Shown: positions 11,691 to 23,921 of the stretch, in pieces
Layout of the letters: each line of letters opens with the position of its first letter
How positions within the stretch are numbered: position 1 is the first letter of the stretch
Made by a program: the position numbers and the translations under genes
Notes under the pieces: generated by a model
What the model saw: only the letters and a program-made list of their open reading frames with translations
Databases searched by the model: none
Told to the model about the DNA's origin: nothing
NCBI GenBank assembly: GCA_964016885.1
Contig: OZ024743.1
Location: 272,180,001 to 272,244,000 of the forward strand
Source: Eledone cirrhosa
Taxonomy: Eukaryota
Length of the DNA: 64,000 nt
Direction of reading: 5' to 3'

Positions 11691-12479
11691 GAGTGTTCAA
11701 CATATTACAGATATACCCTCCCGTTTATATATGTATATGCTTAGGGATGTGCATATCTGAGCATGTGTGTATTTGTGTGATTTTGTATAAAAATCGCTAA
11801 TTAAGTTGGCAGTTTTCCAAATTTAACTACAGGGAGGATAACCTAAACCAAAAAACCAACAACGCTTAGCTTTCTTTAAAAAATACTTCTCAAATAGTTC
11901 CAGTATTTACGTGTGTATAGAAAACATGAACAGCAGACAAAACGTGCTTATCTCCCATATTATTAAAATCATGTAAATTCACACACACACACGCACGCAC
12001 GCACGCGTATGTATGTATGCGTGGACCCGTAATTCCTGATGGAGTCACAGGGCCGCCATGATAGATGGTGAAAGAAAGGAATTGAGAAACAGACATAGAA
12101 GAAAAATGGAGTCCAGTACTAGACTGGTACATTTTATCGATTTGAAAATGATGAAATGTAAAGATTACCATGGCAGGATTTGAACTCTATTTCAACACAG
12201 AGAGCCGAAACAAATACCGCAAAGCATTCTATCTGATGTTTCATCAATTCTGCCGATGTAGTATGCCGAGACAGAAAAATAACAGTAAATACAGTCGGTT
12301 GCTATAAAATATCATAGAAAAACGAGGAAAGATACACTAGAATCTCAAAACGCAAGGTTTATTTTGTTTTGTTTTCGTTTTAATACTCCAAGGACAGGGT
12401 CTGACTATTTTATTAGACGCCATGACTCCGGATGGATCACCAGTACCGTCGGTAGGGGTGGAAATTGTGTCTAGAATTG

Positions 12480-13030
12480 GGGAGCTTAGGTGGGTGGTCT
12501 ACTGTTACTTTAATGTTCTGCTAGATGGAGTTATCTATTTGCTGCATGCTCTCCATAGTGTTTGTCTCCAATTCCGGTTCATGAGTACTCTCTCGTGAGA
12601 GTGTTTTAACCACTATAGTTAATATTTTCAGTTGAAATCAGTTAAATACAGTCAGTTAATAGAAGAACAAGAATGAAAGAATATTCTTTCTTTTATCACA
12701 ATGCAATTGTAACCTAAGCAAACATGAAAAAACAGCCGAATTCCCACTGTCATCGCCTCCATCTCTCTGGCCCTCCCCATCTCTCCGCATGGTGAGCAAA
12801 TGGGGTCCCACGTGCTGGCCTCCCCAAAGCCCCGGCGGACAGAACGGAGAAGGTGTTTCCCCGGTGGTATACTGATATCATCAACATAGCGAGAGAACAT
12901 GGCTGTGGCTATGGGGGTTCTCAACCAAGCGTTCCTTGAGTTTCCTCTCCCACCACACCGTGAACAGATTTTCCAGCGATGCTGACGTCGATGCCTCCCC
13001 CAAGAAGAGGCAGTTTACCTTTGATTTCTG
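12480..13030 (-). mobile_element. Degenerate Penelope-like reverse-transcriptase remnant, interrupted by a CRE tail
   Basis: GGGIDVSIAG / NLFTVWWERKLKERL / FSRYVDDI (13010-12870). After the insertion: NTMESMQQIDNSI*QNIKVTVDHP (12570-12490). Confidence 0.55.
12690..12868 (-). mobile_element. Short CRE-like 3' end fragment
   Basis: Reverse complement ccggggaaacaccttctccgttctgtccgccggggct matches ccggggaaacgccttctccattctgtccgccagggct at 10233-10269. Confidence 0.7.
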
Positions 13031-13196
13031 TTTGACTAAAAAAAATAATCTTATATACTAGAATCGTATGGTTAATTGGGCGCCAACATTCGTGATGTCT
13101 GTGCCAGTGTATTAAGGATTCTAGTGACAGCATATTTCACATATTTCATTGTCAACCACTGTGTTAGGCGTCCAGCCAGGCAACCCAGATCACTCA

Positions 13197-13252
<56 letters not shown>

Positions 13253-13278
13253 AAATTTATATATATTATATATATATA

Positions 13279-13476
13279 TTGAACATTTAGAAGCTTCAAA
13301 CGTATTTTTTTTTTTACTATGAAAAGAAGTTTAACATGTTGTACATAAAAGCCCCTGGACGGGAAAGCGTTGACAGCATTGCCTGTGGGACTAGAGCACA
13401 CATCTGCTGTACGAAGAACGGGTCTTTCAATTTCTCATAGTAAAAAAAAAATACGTTGAAGCTTCTAAATTTTCAA
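13279..13476. repeat. Inverted repeat, ~47-bp arms
   Basis: ttgaacatttagaagcttcaaacgtattttttttttactatg vs catagtaaaaaaaaaatacgttgaagcttctaaattttcaa. Confidence 0.85.
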
Positions 13477-13499
13477 TAAATGCATATCCGCCCAACATT

Positions 13500-14320
13500 T
13501 TCCTTTAGTTCAGTGATGGCCCTCAGAATATTGACATATACCCTATATTTCAGATAGCCCTAAAAACCATATGAAACAAATCTGGGGGAGGGAGTTAAAT
13601 CAGGGCTGTGTGGGGCCCACTCAAAATCAATCTTCACACTGATTACACAATTCCCAAAGTTACATTTCAACTATACTTGCAGCAACTGTGAGGTCTTGTG
13701 AAATCTTACTGGAACCAGAACCTATTCAATAGAGATGAGTGAGTTATCTGTAGCTCCTTTTTGAAGTCTTCCAAGTCTTCTACATAGCGTTCTTTTGTAA
13801 CTGAAGCAGTGACACTATTTTCTCTGAAGAAGAATGGGCCAATCGATCCCCTCTCAGAAATGGTATCCCAGACCGGACATTTAGTCGAGTGGAGACATTT
13901 CACACCCACTTCAGTCAATTTCTCTGACCCCACAGAACACATTGTTTTTAGAATTAATCTTCCCCTCTAAGTGAAAGTAAGCTTCATCAGAGGTCGAGAG
14001 CAGATTCAGAAAATTTGGGTTGTTTTCCATTTTCTCAGCCATAGCCTTTCTCGTGGTTTCATCAGCTACAGTAAGCTTTTATTTAGTGGTATTCTGTAGG
14101 AATACTTCTTAAGATCTTTGATAAATATTCTGCAAGTTTCTCTGGAGAGACCAATGGATTAGCTTCTCTAGCGCTGCGAACGTTTTGAGCTGTGGTCAAG
14201 AGACTTTCGGACCATGTCAATAACCTGTTGTGTACGCTTTCAGAATGATTAGGACGGTCCTCAGACATTCTTAGGAATTCTCCACTGTCCCATTTGTATA
14301 AAACTTCTTCATTCAGGTTT
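13500..14320 (-). mobile_element. Degenerate Tc1/mariner transposase (rosa/DD41D-like)
   Basis: SDEAYFHLEGKIN, LHSTK..VW..IS..G.IGPFFF, WFQ*D, PHSPDLTP..D.F motifs with stops. Confidence 0.75.
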
Positions 14321-14399
14321 GTATATTAGTTATGAAGGGGGATTTGTCCGCCCCCCTCAAATGCATGAAATTGCTCCTGGACCTGCTTAAGTTCAACAA

Positions 14400-14530
14400 T
14401 AACCATAACGCTTAACTCTAAACCTAGCCCTAAATCTAATTCTAACCCTAACTCTACCCTTACCCTAAAACCTAAACTTAACACTAACCATAACACTTTG
14501 TTTAGCTGCAAATCTAACCCTAACCATAAT
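14400..14530. repeat. Degenerate telomere-like (TAACCC)n tract
   Basis: ctaaccctaactctacccttaccctaaaacctaaacttaacactaacc...ctaaccctaacc. Confidence 0.7.
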
Positions 14531-14964
14531 GGTAGAGATACCATATAGATATAGTAAGCGACCACAACACGCGACGGACACGCACCTCTTGTTTAACTAT
14601 ATGAATTACTTTATAGAATTTTATTGCGTAACTGCTGCATAAATGCAAAATTCCGCATGAAGAAGCCACGCTAGCCTAACATACGATTACGTAACAACTT
14701 GCAGACATTGGGGAAATACGTATAACGGTAATAAATATAATTATTAATAACACAATCTTGCCTGTATGTTCATTTGTATAAAAATAGTCCGCCGTGTACT
14801 ATTCTACGTCATCCCATATCACTGTTATATACATACAACATGTGTGGAGTGCTTAATTCTGCTTACACCATTATTTATAGATTCAGATGGTGCAAATGAA
14901 CACTTAAATAAAGACAACTTATATATATATATATTTATACACACACACCCACACATATATATGT

Positions 14965-15168
14965 AGGTACCCGAGTTATGTCGGGAGGGGGGAACTACAA
15001 TTAAAAAATTACTCAATACGTTGGTAGAGTATAAGTATAGGTATCTTTGTTATATATAGAAATGACTTCTACAGGACTAGAACTGTTTCATTCGTATGAA
15101 ATCATCATCAGAAATGTCCATTGATGATTTCATACGAATGAAACAGTTCTAGTCTTAAATAAGTCATC
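14965..15168 (-). mobile_element. Penelope-like terminal repeat with hammerhead-like motif and fold-back copy
   Basis: Minus strand: ggacattt-CTGATGA-..ttc atac gaa t-GAAA-cag ttctagtc ctg-TA-gaagtc. Inverted copy at 15121-15168, paralog at 21170-21292 (+). Confidence 0.6.
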
Positions 15169-16649
15169 TCTCTCTCTCTCTCTCTGTCCCCCCCCCTCTC
15201 TCTCTATTTATATATATATATATATAAAAATGTGTGTGTATGTGTGCGTGTATAGTATCTTGTTCTCATATTATAATACGTTAATACATTTCGTGTCTTC
15301 CATCATGTTCAACTAAGTGCACCTCAGTTGTACAAATATTTGTTTGTACTTTTTGTCTATTTATATTTGCTTCTTGTATACTTTTCTGTTATGAATCTTT
15401 GCACTTTTATTGTCATAGTATATGAATACTCTTTGTAAACAGTGTTAGCACTTTGCCTTCTGTGCATTTGTCATCCTGTCACTCATAAGCATCCCCTCGG
15501 CTCACGTTATTCATGTTGTTTGTGTGTATCAACGTAACATTCTAGAGAGTTCTGCATTTATATTTTTACCGTTAACACATTTGTAAGATGTATCTTTAAT
15601 TGATAAGAGTAAAACTCTCAATAACGAGGCACATTTTCTGTCTGGGCAATTCGCCTTTATCTCGCTATTATGATTTACCACTAAATTAATGTCATTTTCA
15701 GATTTGGTTTGCAATATACCTTATACATTCTATGACAATGTTGTAGAATTGGAAAAGTCTTCCCAAAGCACAGAGCTGTCATTTCTCTTGTGTATGTTGA
15801 TATATTTTGGTATTATTAAACTTGGCAATTTGAAAACTAACTCTCTGCTTCATTTATTCAATCTGAAGTCGACCTTTGCTCCACTTTTATTATGGTGTTT
15901 CGGAAAGCTCTTTTTAAATAGACACTGGTTTTGTGGTGTAACCAAATGACCTACAATATCAGTGTATAATATTTGTTGCGGTTAAATTGTTGTTAACCTT
16001 TCTGATTTACATTATCAATAGGTATTTTTCAACGTGTAACCAATAATACTTCATCCCAAATGTTCATTTCTTCACTTAATAAAGTATTACGTTTACCGAC
16101 TTAAATTAGTTTGGTGATAATGGAATTTTAGCACAAATGTTTGTTAATTATTCTTCTATAAGAACTAAGTTATACATTTACATCAGTCTGAAGATGGTGA
16201 AAACGTGGTTCTAGTTTCGAATAATTATAATTACATAAGAAGTGTTTTATAGATCGTTCTCATACGTAGTAAACCTTCTGTTTGAGGACATGAACATTCA
16301 GCATTACAATCGTAAATATATTATATTTACTGACGACATCCAATAACACTTATGTTACAATACTATCACATATTATACAAGTATTTGGAAGTACATCGAT
16401 ATATTTTATTCTATCTGTCTCACTATCAACCCTCTACTTCTTGGTTATCCATTAAGTAACCTAAAAAAAGTGAAGCCTTGCTATATGAACGCTAACTGTG
16501 ATTGTTGTACCGCATAGATAGAGCTCTTTCTGAAGGTCTAATTATAAAATGCAAATATACAGTATATGCACATATACACTCCAACATATAAGCATATATA
16601 TGTACACACTCACACTCTCATATATGCATGTATATAACTTATACATATA

Positions 16650-17420
16650 AGAGGGTGTTGTAGTTTGCTTGAAGCATTTGGTAAAACGTAGAATATAGGG
16701 ATAGGGTTTTGTTTGAAGGCTACCAAAATGTGAATTGAACAGTAAAAGTTAAACATATGATAATAAAGATGTTAGGATGTTACCTTTCAGTTCCTTTTAG
16801 GTCCCTATGTTTCAGGATAAAATCCCTTCTTAAAAATATTAATAGAACAAACTTGTTCGCAGCTGTATACTTTTGTCGCTCTGAAGCTGACATTTTTTTT
16901 TAAATTTGAAAGTGGGGATTTTTTCATCGCTGCAAGTAGTGAATGGATCACGTGGTATGTGATCTAAGCCATGATTGTACCTAATTATGAAGTGTGGTAG
17001 TGTGTAGACCTATGTTAGCCACTGGAATAGTCTAAATGAGAGAGCTGTAAAAGTAGATATAACACATTAGATCATGTCAGTTTTTAGAACACTCTGATTT
17101 AAACGTGTGTTTGGAATGTTATTGTGACTTGCATCAAATTGGTAATTGCACTGTTCACTCTGCACTGCTGATTTTTATTCCTCCACTTCGGTTTGCATGG
17201 CTTTAAAACATGTATGTCGCAGTAACCCAGAGCGAAATGAAAATGCGACGAGTACATAGTAAAACACTTCGTACACTGACTCCTCGACAGAATCGGAATA
17301 ATATAAACATATTCCGATTCTGATATTTACTACGTCTGACGAGCAGAACAATCCTAGATTCGAAGCTGATTGTAATCGATTAACGCTCCGAGCTGGTCAT
17401 TTGCATCCCACGTGTTAGGT
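16650..17420 (+). mobile_element. Possible very old Penelope-like remnant
   Basis: Frameshifted VYLI..KC..C..YV..TG.SLNER-like GIY-YIG trace near 16975-17045, ctgacga motif at 17336, and agtttgcttgaagcatt shared with the 23861-23878 element. Confidence 0.3.
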
Positions 17421-17622
17421 GTGATTACATATAACGTATCTTAAACTGAAACTTCGATTTTTCTTTCTTAAGACAAATATTCTGCATATTACACCGATAA
17501 CAAGTATATGTCATTGTTAAAAGACACTTTTAATACTAAATATCTTATTCACGTAAAAGGATAGAGTGCTCAAACAGGTGTCACCTATAGTAATATAATT
17601 TTATTCACTAATTTGTTATATA

Positions 17623-17905
17623 CAGTGGCGGGCTGGCCAGGTTGCCACGTTGCACAATGGCAAGTGGGTCTCAGGGGGCTCACAGTAGGATCGAAGGGCC
17701 CACAGTAGCATTTTAGGGGCCAATGCTTTGCTTTCAAAAAATACCTGAAATCTAAGAGAAAGAATAAAATTATTTAAAAAATAAATAAAACAACAAAGCA
17801 AAGCATTTGGTCAACCAATTCCCTAGGGAATTACTAGCAACCAAAATATAAGAAAGTGCAAATAGCTGGAATCAGTGGTTGTACATTCTACTAAATTTAA
17901 AGCTT
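17623..17905 (-). mobile_element. End fragment of CAGTGGCGG-terminated DNA transposon (hAT-like MITE)
   Basis: Reverse-complement homolog of 60195-60478, begins cagtggcgggctggcc. Confidence 0.75.
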
Positions 17906-17928
17906 CGTGTATTCTTCATGCATGCAAA

Positions 17929-17986
17929 AACACACACACATACGCACGCACGCACGCACGCACGCACGCACGTACACGCACGCACG

Positions 17987-18078
<92 letters not shown>
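17929..18078. repeat. (CACG)n/(CA)n/(TA)n compound microsatellite
   Basis: Direct reading. Confidence 0.95.
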
Positions 18079-18119
18079 GTAAGAATATTTTCGAAACAGC
18101 GAGTGGGTTTGAAATTATT

Positions 18120-18318
18120 AGAAATGTAAGCTATCGCTGTATTTTGACTAAAGAAATTAAAGAAATTATTTAGCCTGATAGTGGGGCTAAGAACCCTCGG
18201 AGAAATGGAAATACTCAATACTCATCTTTTTCCATTTCTCCGGGGGTTCTTAACCCCACTATCAGGCTAAATAATTTCTTTAATTTCTTTAGTCAAAATA
18301 CAGCGATAGCTTACATTT

Positions 18319-18320
<2 letters not shown>
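18120..18320. repeat. Near-perfect inverted repeat, ~91-bp arms, abutting (TA)n
   Basis: agaaatgtaagctatcgctg...ggagaaatggaaa / tttccatttctcc...cagcgatagcttacatttct. Confidence 0.92.
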
Positions 18321-18377
<57 letters not shown>

Positions 18378-18494
18378 TTATATACTTACACACGAACTAC
18401 TGACCAAATAATATTTGGTATCAATGGGTTAAAGATATCTGTCAAATCAATTAGTGGTGAAGGAGGTGTATACACACACACATATAAACCCATT

Positions 18495-19421
18495 CCCTTC
18501 GCATGGCTTCCTGCTTCATCCAGCGTGGATATCCCCCCACCTTGATCCAAGCTGCTCTCACCCGCGTCCGTGAGACAGACCGCACCACAGCCCTCTCACC
18601 CCACCCCTGCCCCCCGACACCCCTGTTCCTTTCCCTCTCACCTACCACCCCATCACTCTACCACTCCGGCGACATATCCTCCGTTCCTTCCGTATCCTCT
18701 CTTCTGACCCTGTCACTTCTCGCTTTTTTCCAAACCCTCCCATTACTGCTTTTAAGCGCGCCCGAAACCTCCACGACCTCCTGATTCGCAGTTCTTTTTC
18801 GTCCTCTCCTCAATACTCCACCCGGCTCTCATCCTTGTTCCCGTTCCCACTGCAACACTTGTCCCTTTATTTCCACCCTCACCATTCTTACGGGTCTTTC
18901 TATATCCGCCATTCCTTCACCTGCACATCCACCCACGTTGTCTATGCCTTCCGGTGTTCCCTTTGCGGGTCTTTATATACCGAACAAACGGGACGCCGTA
19001 TGGCGGACCGTTTTGCCAAACATTTGAGGGACATACAACTCGGTTTGGATACTCTTGTCTCCCGTCATTTATGTTCTCCTGGTCATTCTTCCCTACATGT
19101 TTCAGTCATGGGTGTCCTTTTACATCATGGATCACAGGCCTCGCTCACCAGGACTGAACAATGTCTGATTCACCGTCTTGGGTCCTATTCCCCTCTTGGA
19201 CTCAACTCACCTCCCCAATTTCTCTAATACCCCGTCCATTATCACACCCCTTGATTCCTATCGCTTTCTCTTGATCATTAGCAGCTTCTCTTACTACTAA
19301 TACATGCCGATACACACCCTTATATTAACATACTTTTGTTCATAGCTTCGTACATACATGCACACACACTCTTTTACTCACAGATACACACACATTTCTT
19401 CTTAGCTTCGTACGGACCTAT

Positions 19422-19520
<99 letters not shown>

Positions 19521-19858
19521 CTTACGCACGTGCTCAAGTATAGCTCTTTTTACAAAACATTTTTTTTTTTCATTTCTGGTAGACGCCTGCCATCATCCAC
19601 ATTTCTAAAAAAAATACACAAAACGCCAGCACCAACAGTTTTGCAAGAGATGTCAACAAGAATGGACCTGTTATTTTTATCTAAAGACATTTTTTTCCAA
19701 TTCCATCCCGTCCGTCCCCTCAATCTATTTTATTTCTCATTCTTTCTTCTGATGAAGGACTAGCGTCCGAAACGTTAAGACCCTCTTCCTACTATATCAT
19801 GCGTTAACCTAATATATACCTTCCATATACTGTACCGATTGTGTTATTTCTGTTTACC

Positions 19859-19860
<2 letters not shown>
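18495..19860 (+). mobile_element. Penelope-like element (Neptune-type) 3' part: thumb, Cys linker, GIY-YIG endonuclease, pLTR
   Basis: FIQRGYP, PPITAFKRARNLHDLL, PCSRSHCNTCP, FTCTSTHVVYAFRCSLCGSLYTEQTGRRMADRF..H..EQ.LI..LGS..P.GLN. Frameshifted. Confidence 0.9.
19745..19780 (+). ncRNA. Minimal type-I hammerhead ribozyme in Penelope pLTR
   Basis: tctt-CTGATGA-a ggac tagc gtcc-GAAA-cg-TT-aaga: stem I tctt/aaga, stem II ggac/gtcc, palindromic minimal stem III (ACGT). Confidence 0.75.
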
Positions 19861-19899
<39 letters not shown>

Positions 19900-19933
19900 C
19901 ATATATAATCTGAGTTTTTCGAATATTAATAAT

Positions 19934-20120
19934 TGTTTCTACTATTGGCACAAGACCAGCAATTACCCCAGAACATTACTGGTACTTTATTTTATCGACT
20001 CCGTAAGGATGAAAGGCAAAGTGAACCCTGGCGGGATTTGAACTCACACCATAAAGGGGCGTAACTCTATGCTGCAAAGCATGGCGTCCGACCTTCTACT
20101 GATACTGCCAAACCCCGCCC
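19934..20120 (-). mobile_element. Full-length SINE family A with 18-bp TSD
   Basis: TSD ttttcgaatattaataat at 19916-19933 and 20121-20138. Empty-site paralog near 48745-48785. Confidence 0.9.
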
Positions 20121-20124
20121 TTTT

Positions 20125-20526
20125 CGAATATTAATAATAATATTAGATTCGTTTGCAATTATGCAAACAAGCCTCATTTTTAAAGCCATGTCAGTAGAAT
20201 GAGCCCCTCATTGTTGCTCTTGTGAAAATATATGATATTTTCTAAAATATACAGTGACTGATCGGCCTGATTTGCATATTAGCAGACTGGCTGATCAGTC
20301 AGATCTGCATATTAGCAGATCCACTGATCACCCAGACATATATATCAGCAGACTGGCCAGTCAGTTTTCTGTATACGAGCGATCACTGACCAGCTTTGCC
20401 ATATTAAAAAACCTCATATTACATTTATTGTATTCAGCGATGTAGAACGAAAATTATATATATATAAATAGAAAAAATGAAATTTAATTTCTCAATCTTA
20501 GTCCGGCTGATACTTAAATATACATA

Positions 20527-20558
<32 letters not shown>

Positions 20559-21090
20559 CATATATATATATATACATATACGTATATACATATACGTACA
20601 TACATATATGTATACAGACGTACAGTAGTATGTATATACATACATGCACACACATATATATATATGTACGTATGGGTTTACCGAACATTTATTATAATGC
20701 TCGGTTTGTTTGTAAACAAATTTCATTTTTTCCATTTATCGTTTTCGGTACGCCCGGCCGACTAACTCATTCGATATGCAAATCAGGCTGCCCAGCCGTT
20801 AATATGCATAAGGAAAGTATATATATAAAACGTTCAATCAATTGACAGGAAGGTATACGGTGCTGATGACAGCTAATAAGCTAGAAACTAGTTCATCGTT
20901 CCTTTGTCAGTGTTGAACAAAATGGCAACGATGGTTGCCGAACACACTGTACGGCTAATAATTCGGGCTGTTTGTTTACAAACAAACCGAACATGTTCGG
21001 TAAACCCATACGTACATATATATATGTGTGCATGTATGTATATACATACTACTGTACGTCTGTATACATATATGTATGTACGGTTACATA

Positions 21091-21095
<5 letters not shown>
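20125..21095. mobile_element. Unclassified repeats related to 48270-49800, with internal inverted copy
   Basis: 20125-20430 matches 48515-48850 segments (atattagcagac..ctgatcagtcagatctgc). 20475-20920 matches 49420-49795. 20600-20710 is inverted at 20970-21095. Confidence 0.75.
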
Positions 21096-21160
<65 letters not shown>

Positions 21161-21288
21161 TACATATATATGATTATTTCTCACGAATGAAACAGTTCCA
21201 GTCCTGTAGAAGCTTTTCTATATTAAACATTTATACTCTGCTATGTATTGAGTACCTTACTTACTGTGGTTACCCCCGATTGAACCCG

Positions 21289-21362
<74 letters not shown>

Positions 21363-21384
21363 TGGGTGTGAAAGACCAAAGGTC

Positions 21385-22800
21385 AATATTGAAATCTCTG
21401 GATTTCGCAGAATACATAATATTTTTTATTGGAGAAGGTAAGACATTTTCCCGCAAAAATTTGATTGCACTGTTTTGTTTCCAATTATGTATTTTTGGAA
21501 AATGTTATTTATTCATTATAAAAATTAAATGATAGCATTCTATATGTAGGTGGGTCCCCTTCATCTGGCAACCAATATTTTTAGACTTAGTCCGCCAATG
21601 TATATATATATATATATATATATATAATTGTTTCTACTTTTGGCACAAGTCCAGCAATTACCCTGTGCATTACTGGTACTTTATTTTATCTAACTAACAT
21701 GCAAAAACATATATAGAGGAATAAGGTAAGCCCAAATCATAGTAGATTCAAATATCACAGAGAGAGAGAGAGAGAGAGAGAGAGGGGAGGGGGGGGGGAG
21801 AGAAATGAGGAAGAACAGAAATGAGACATGGATCACAGGTTAAAATATAGTTTAGATAGATGAGAAACAAAACGAGGATATAGTTTATGGAACACCCAAA
21901 TGATTTAGAAGTCGACCTTAAGTAGGTGCAATAACATTAAGAAAGACATGAACGACACCACAACACTTTGTTTTGAAAATTTTGAAAGTAGGTTTATAAG
22001 TATGAATTTTCAAAAGATTTTCGTAGTTGTCTTTGTGGCCTAGCGGTAGGTACTAGAGATGGTGGAGATCCTGGGCTTGGGTCCAATCCTGGTCAAGAGG
22101 TACATGTAATCTTTTTCAGTTTTTATTTTACAACCAATAGAAAAATATTGAAAAGGTTTACCGGGAATCCTAATCCCGAACAAGAACGAACTTCAAACCA
22201 GGATCACCACCGTCTATGATTCCTCCAACTCGGCCACCGAGACAGCTACAAAAGTATAATGAAAATTGATAATTATAAATATACTTTCAAAATCAAAGTT
22301 AACAAGTTGTGGTGTCGTTCATGGCTTTTCTAGAGCTATTAGTAATATTTAGGGTCGACTTCTGATCATTATTGAAAGTCTCTAGGGCGGTGGATTGGCA
22401 GTATCGGTAGAAGGTCGGAGGCCATGCTTTCCAGCATAGTTACGTCCCTTTACGATCTGAGTTCAAATCCCGCCGAGGTTTACTTTGCCTTTCATCCTTA
22501 CGGGGTCGATAAAATAAAGTACCAGTAATGTACTGGGATAATTGCTGGCCTTGTGCCAAAAGTAGAAACAATTATTGAAAGTCTCTGGATTTCGAAAAAT
22601 ACATAATATTTTTATTGGAGAAGGTACGATATTTTCCCGCAAAAATTTGATTGCACTGTTTTGTTTCCCCTTACGTATTTTTGGAAAATGTTATTTATTC
22701 ATTATAAAAATTATAGTTTAGATTAAATGATAGCATTCTATATGTAGGTGGGCCGGCCCCTTCATCTCCTGGCAACCAATATTTTTAGACCCAGTCCGCT
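21385..22800 (-). mobile_element. TGGCGGAC-ended element with two tRNA-like units (paralog of 59012-59900), with terminal duplication and SINE insertions
   Basis: 21690-22800 is the reverse complement of 59012-59900. 21385-21598 duplicates the terminal 210 bp. Confidence 0.85.
22384..22570 (+). mobile_element. Full-length SINE family A with 16-bp TSD
   Basis: TSD attattgaaagtctct at 22368-22383 and 22571-22586. Empty site near 59213-59230. Confidence 0.92.
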
Positions 22801-22805
22801 ATTGG

Positions 22806-22851
<46 letters not shown>

Positions 22852-22911
22852 CGGCGATGAATTAGTTTTGCGAGGTTTTTTATATGAAATCGTGTGTCGA
22901 AACAGATATTG

Positions 22912-23304
22912 TTATATTTGGGGAGGGTCATATTTGCGTAATATTGCCAGAATTAATAACAGAACACACTCACTGTTTGGTTGGTTTTCGCTTCTCGCTT
23001 CTGACTGAACAACAAAAAAAAAATGGCGTAGACATACAACACAACAGGAGGAACAATGAATATAACACCACTGACGATGTTGCAGATGTGCAACGAAAGA
23101 TTTATGTAAACTATATATATATGTGTTTGTCTATATTGTATCTGTATTATTTTTGACCGCCGGTCAGTCAATGGCAACATTGAGGACCGAGTAAGTTAGA
23201 TCGCAGATATATATATATAAAAGACAGCGAGAAGCGAAAACCAACCAAACAGTGAGTGTGTTCTGTTATTAATTCTGGCAATATTACGCAAATATGACCC
23301 TCCC

Positions 23305-23312
<8 letters not shown>
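22912..23312. repeat. Perfect ~87-bp inverted duplication
   Basis: 22912-22998 is the reverse complement of 23226-23312, and the right arm runs into (TA)n. Confidence 0.92.
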
Positions 23313-23339
<27 letters not shown>

Positions 23340-23349
23340 TGTGTGTACG

Positions 23350-23880
23350 TATCATTGCTGTCAAGTCCTTGCGTTCTGTCAGTGGTAGTTAGGTCGGTGG
23401 CAGGCATGGTGATAGTAGTCTGCCTGTCTGTTATTTGTGTGTATCGGTCGGTGAGTGGCCTAGCGACTGTCACTGTGTATGTTGTTCTATTTATTTACAC
23501 CAGCCATCTCGTCTCACTTCTCTTGGATCGATTATTGATTCGCGGTCCGAGACGTTTCATCCAGAGTGCTTTCTTCATCCTTAAAGTGCCGACGTTGCAT
23601 TATGTCGCTAACACTGTGGCAATGGGCCTTCCGTCTTTGTTTCCGCATTTGATTATGTGTTTACGGAAAGACGAGGCTCTAGTGTTGATATGTTTACATC
23701 GGTAGCACCATCCGGCCTCTACACGTCCGGGTCAAAGAACATGTCTCTTTCTACGCTTCTTCCTACTTCTCCCTCTCTCACTACCATCAGATTTTGTTAC
23801 CCGGAGATTTACCCATCTGCATTGTTGAGGCTTCCAAAACGGCTATTTTTCATATTCCACAATGCTTCAAGCAAACTTTA
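23350..23880 (-). mobile_element. Penelope-like GIY-YIG C-terminal remnant
   Basis: SSFRKHIIKC...TVLAT*CNVGTLRMKKALWMKRLGPRINNR (L..kEAl.I....P.iN pattern), 23674-23495. Confidence 0.55.
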
Positions 23881-23921
23881 ACACTCTCATATACACATAT
23901 ATTAGGGTGGCCCTTAGCAAT

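Noticed and set aside
23550-23590. atgaaga...gaaacgtc hammerhead-like string on the minus strand
   Set aside because: No CTGA core and no stem I; it lies within the GIY-YIG coding remnant
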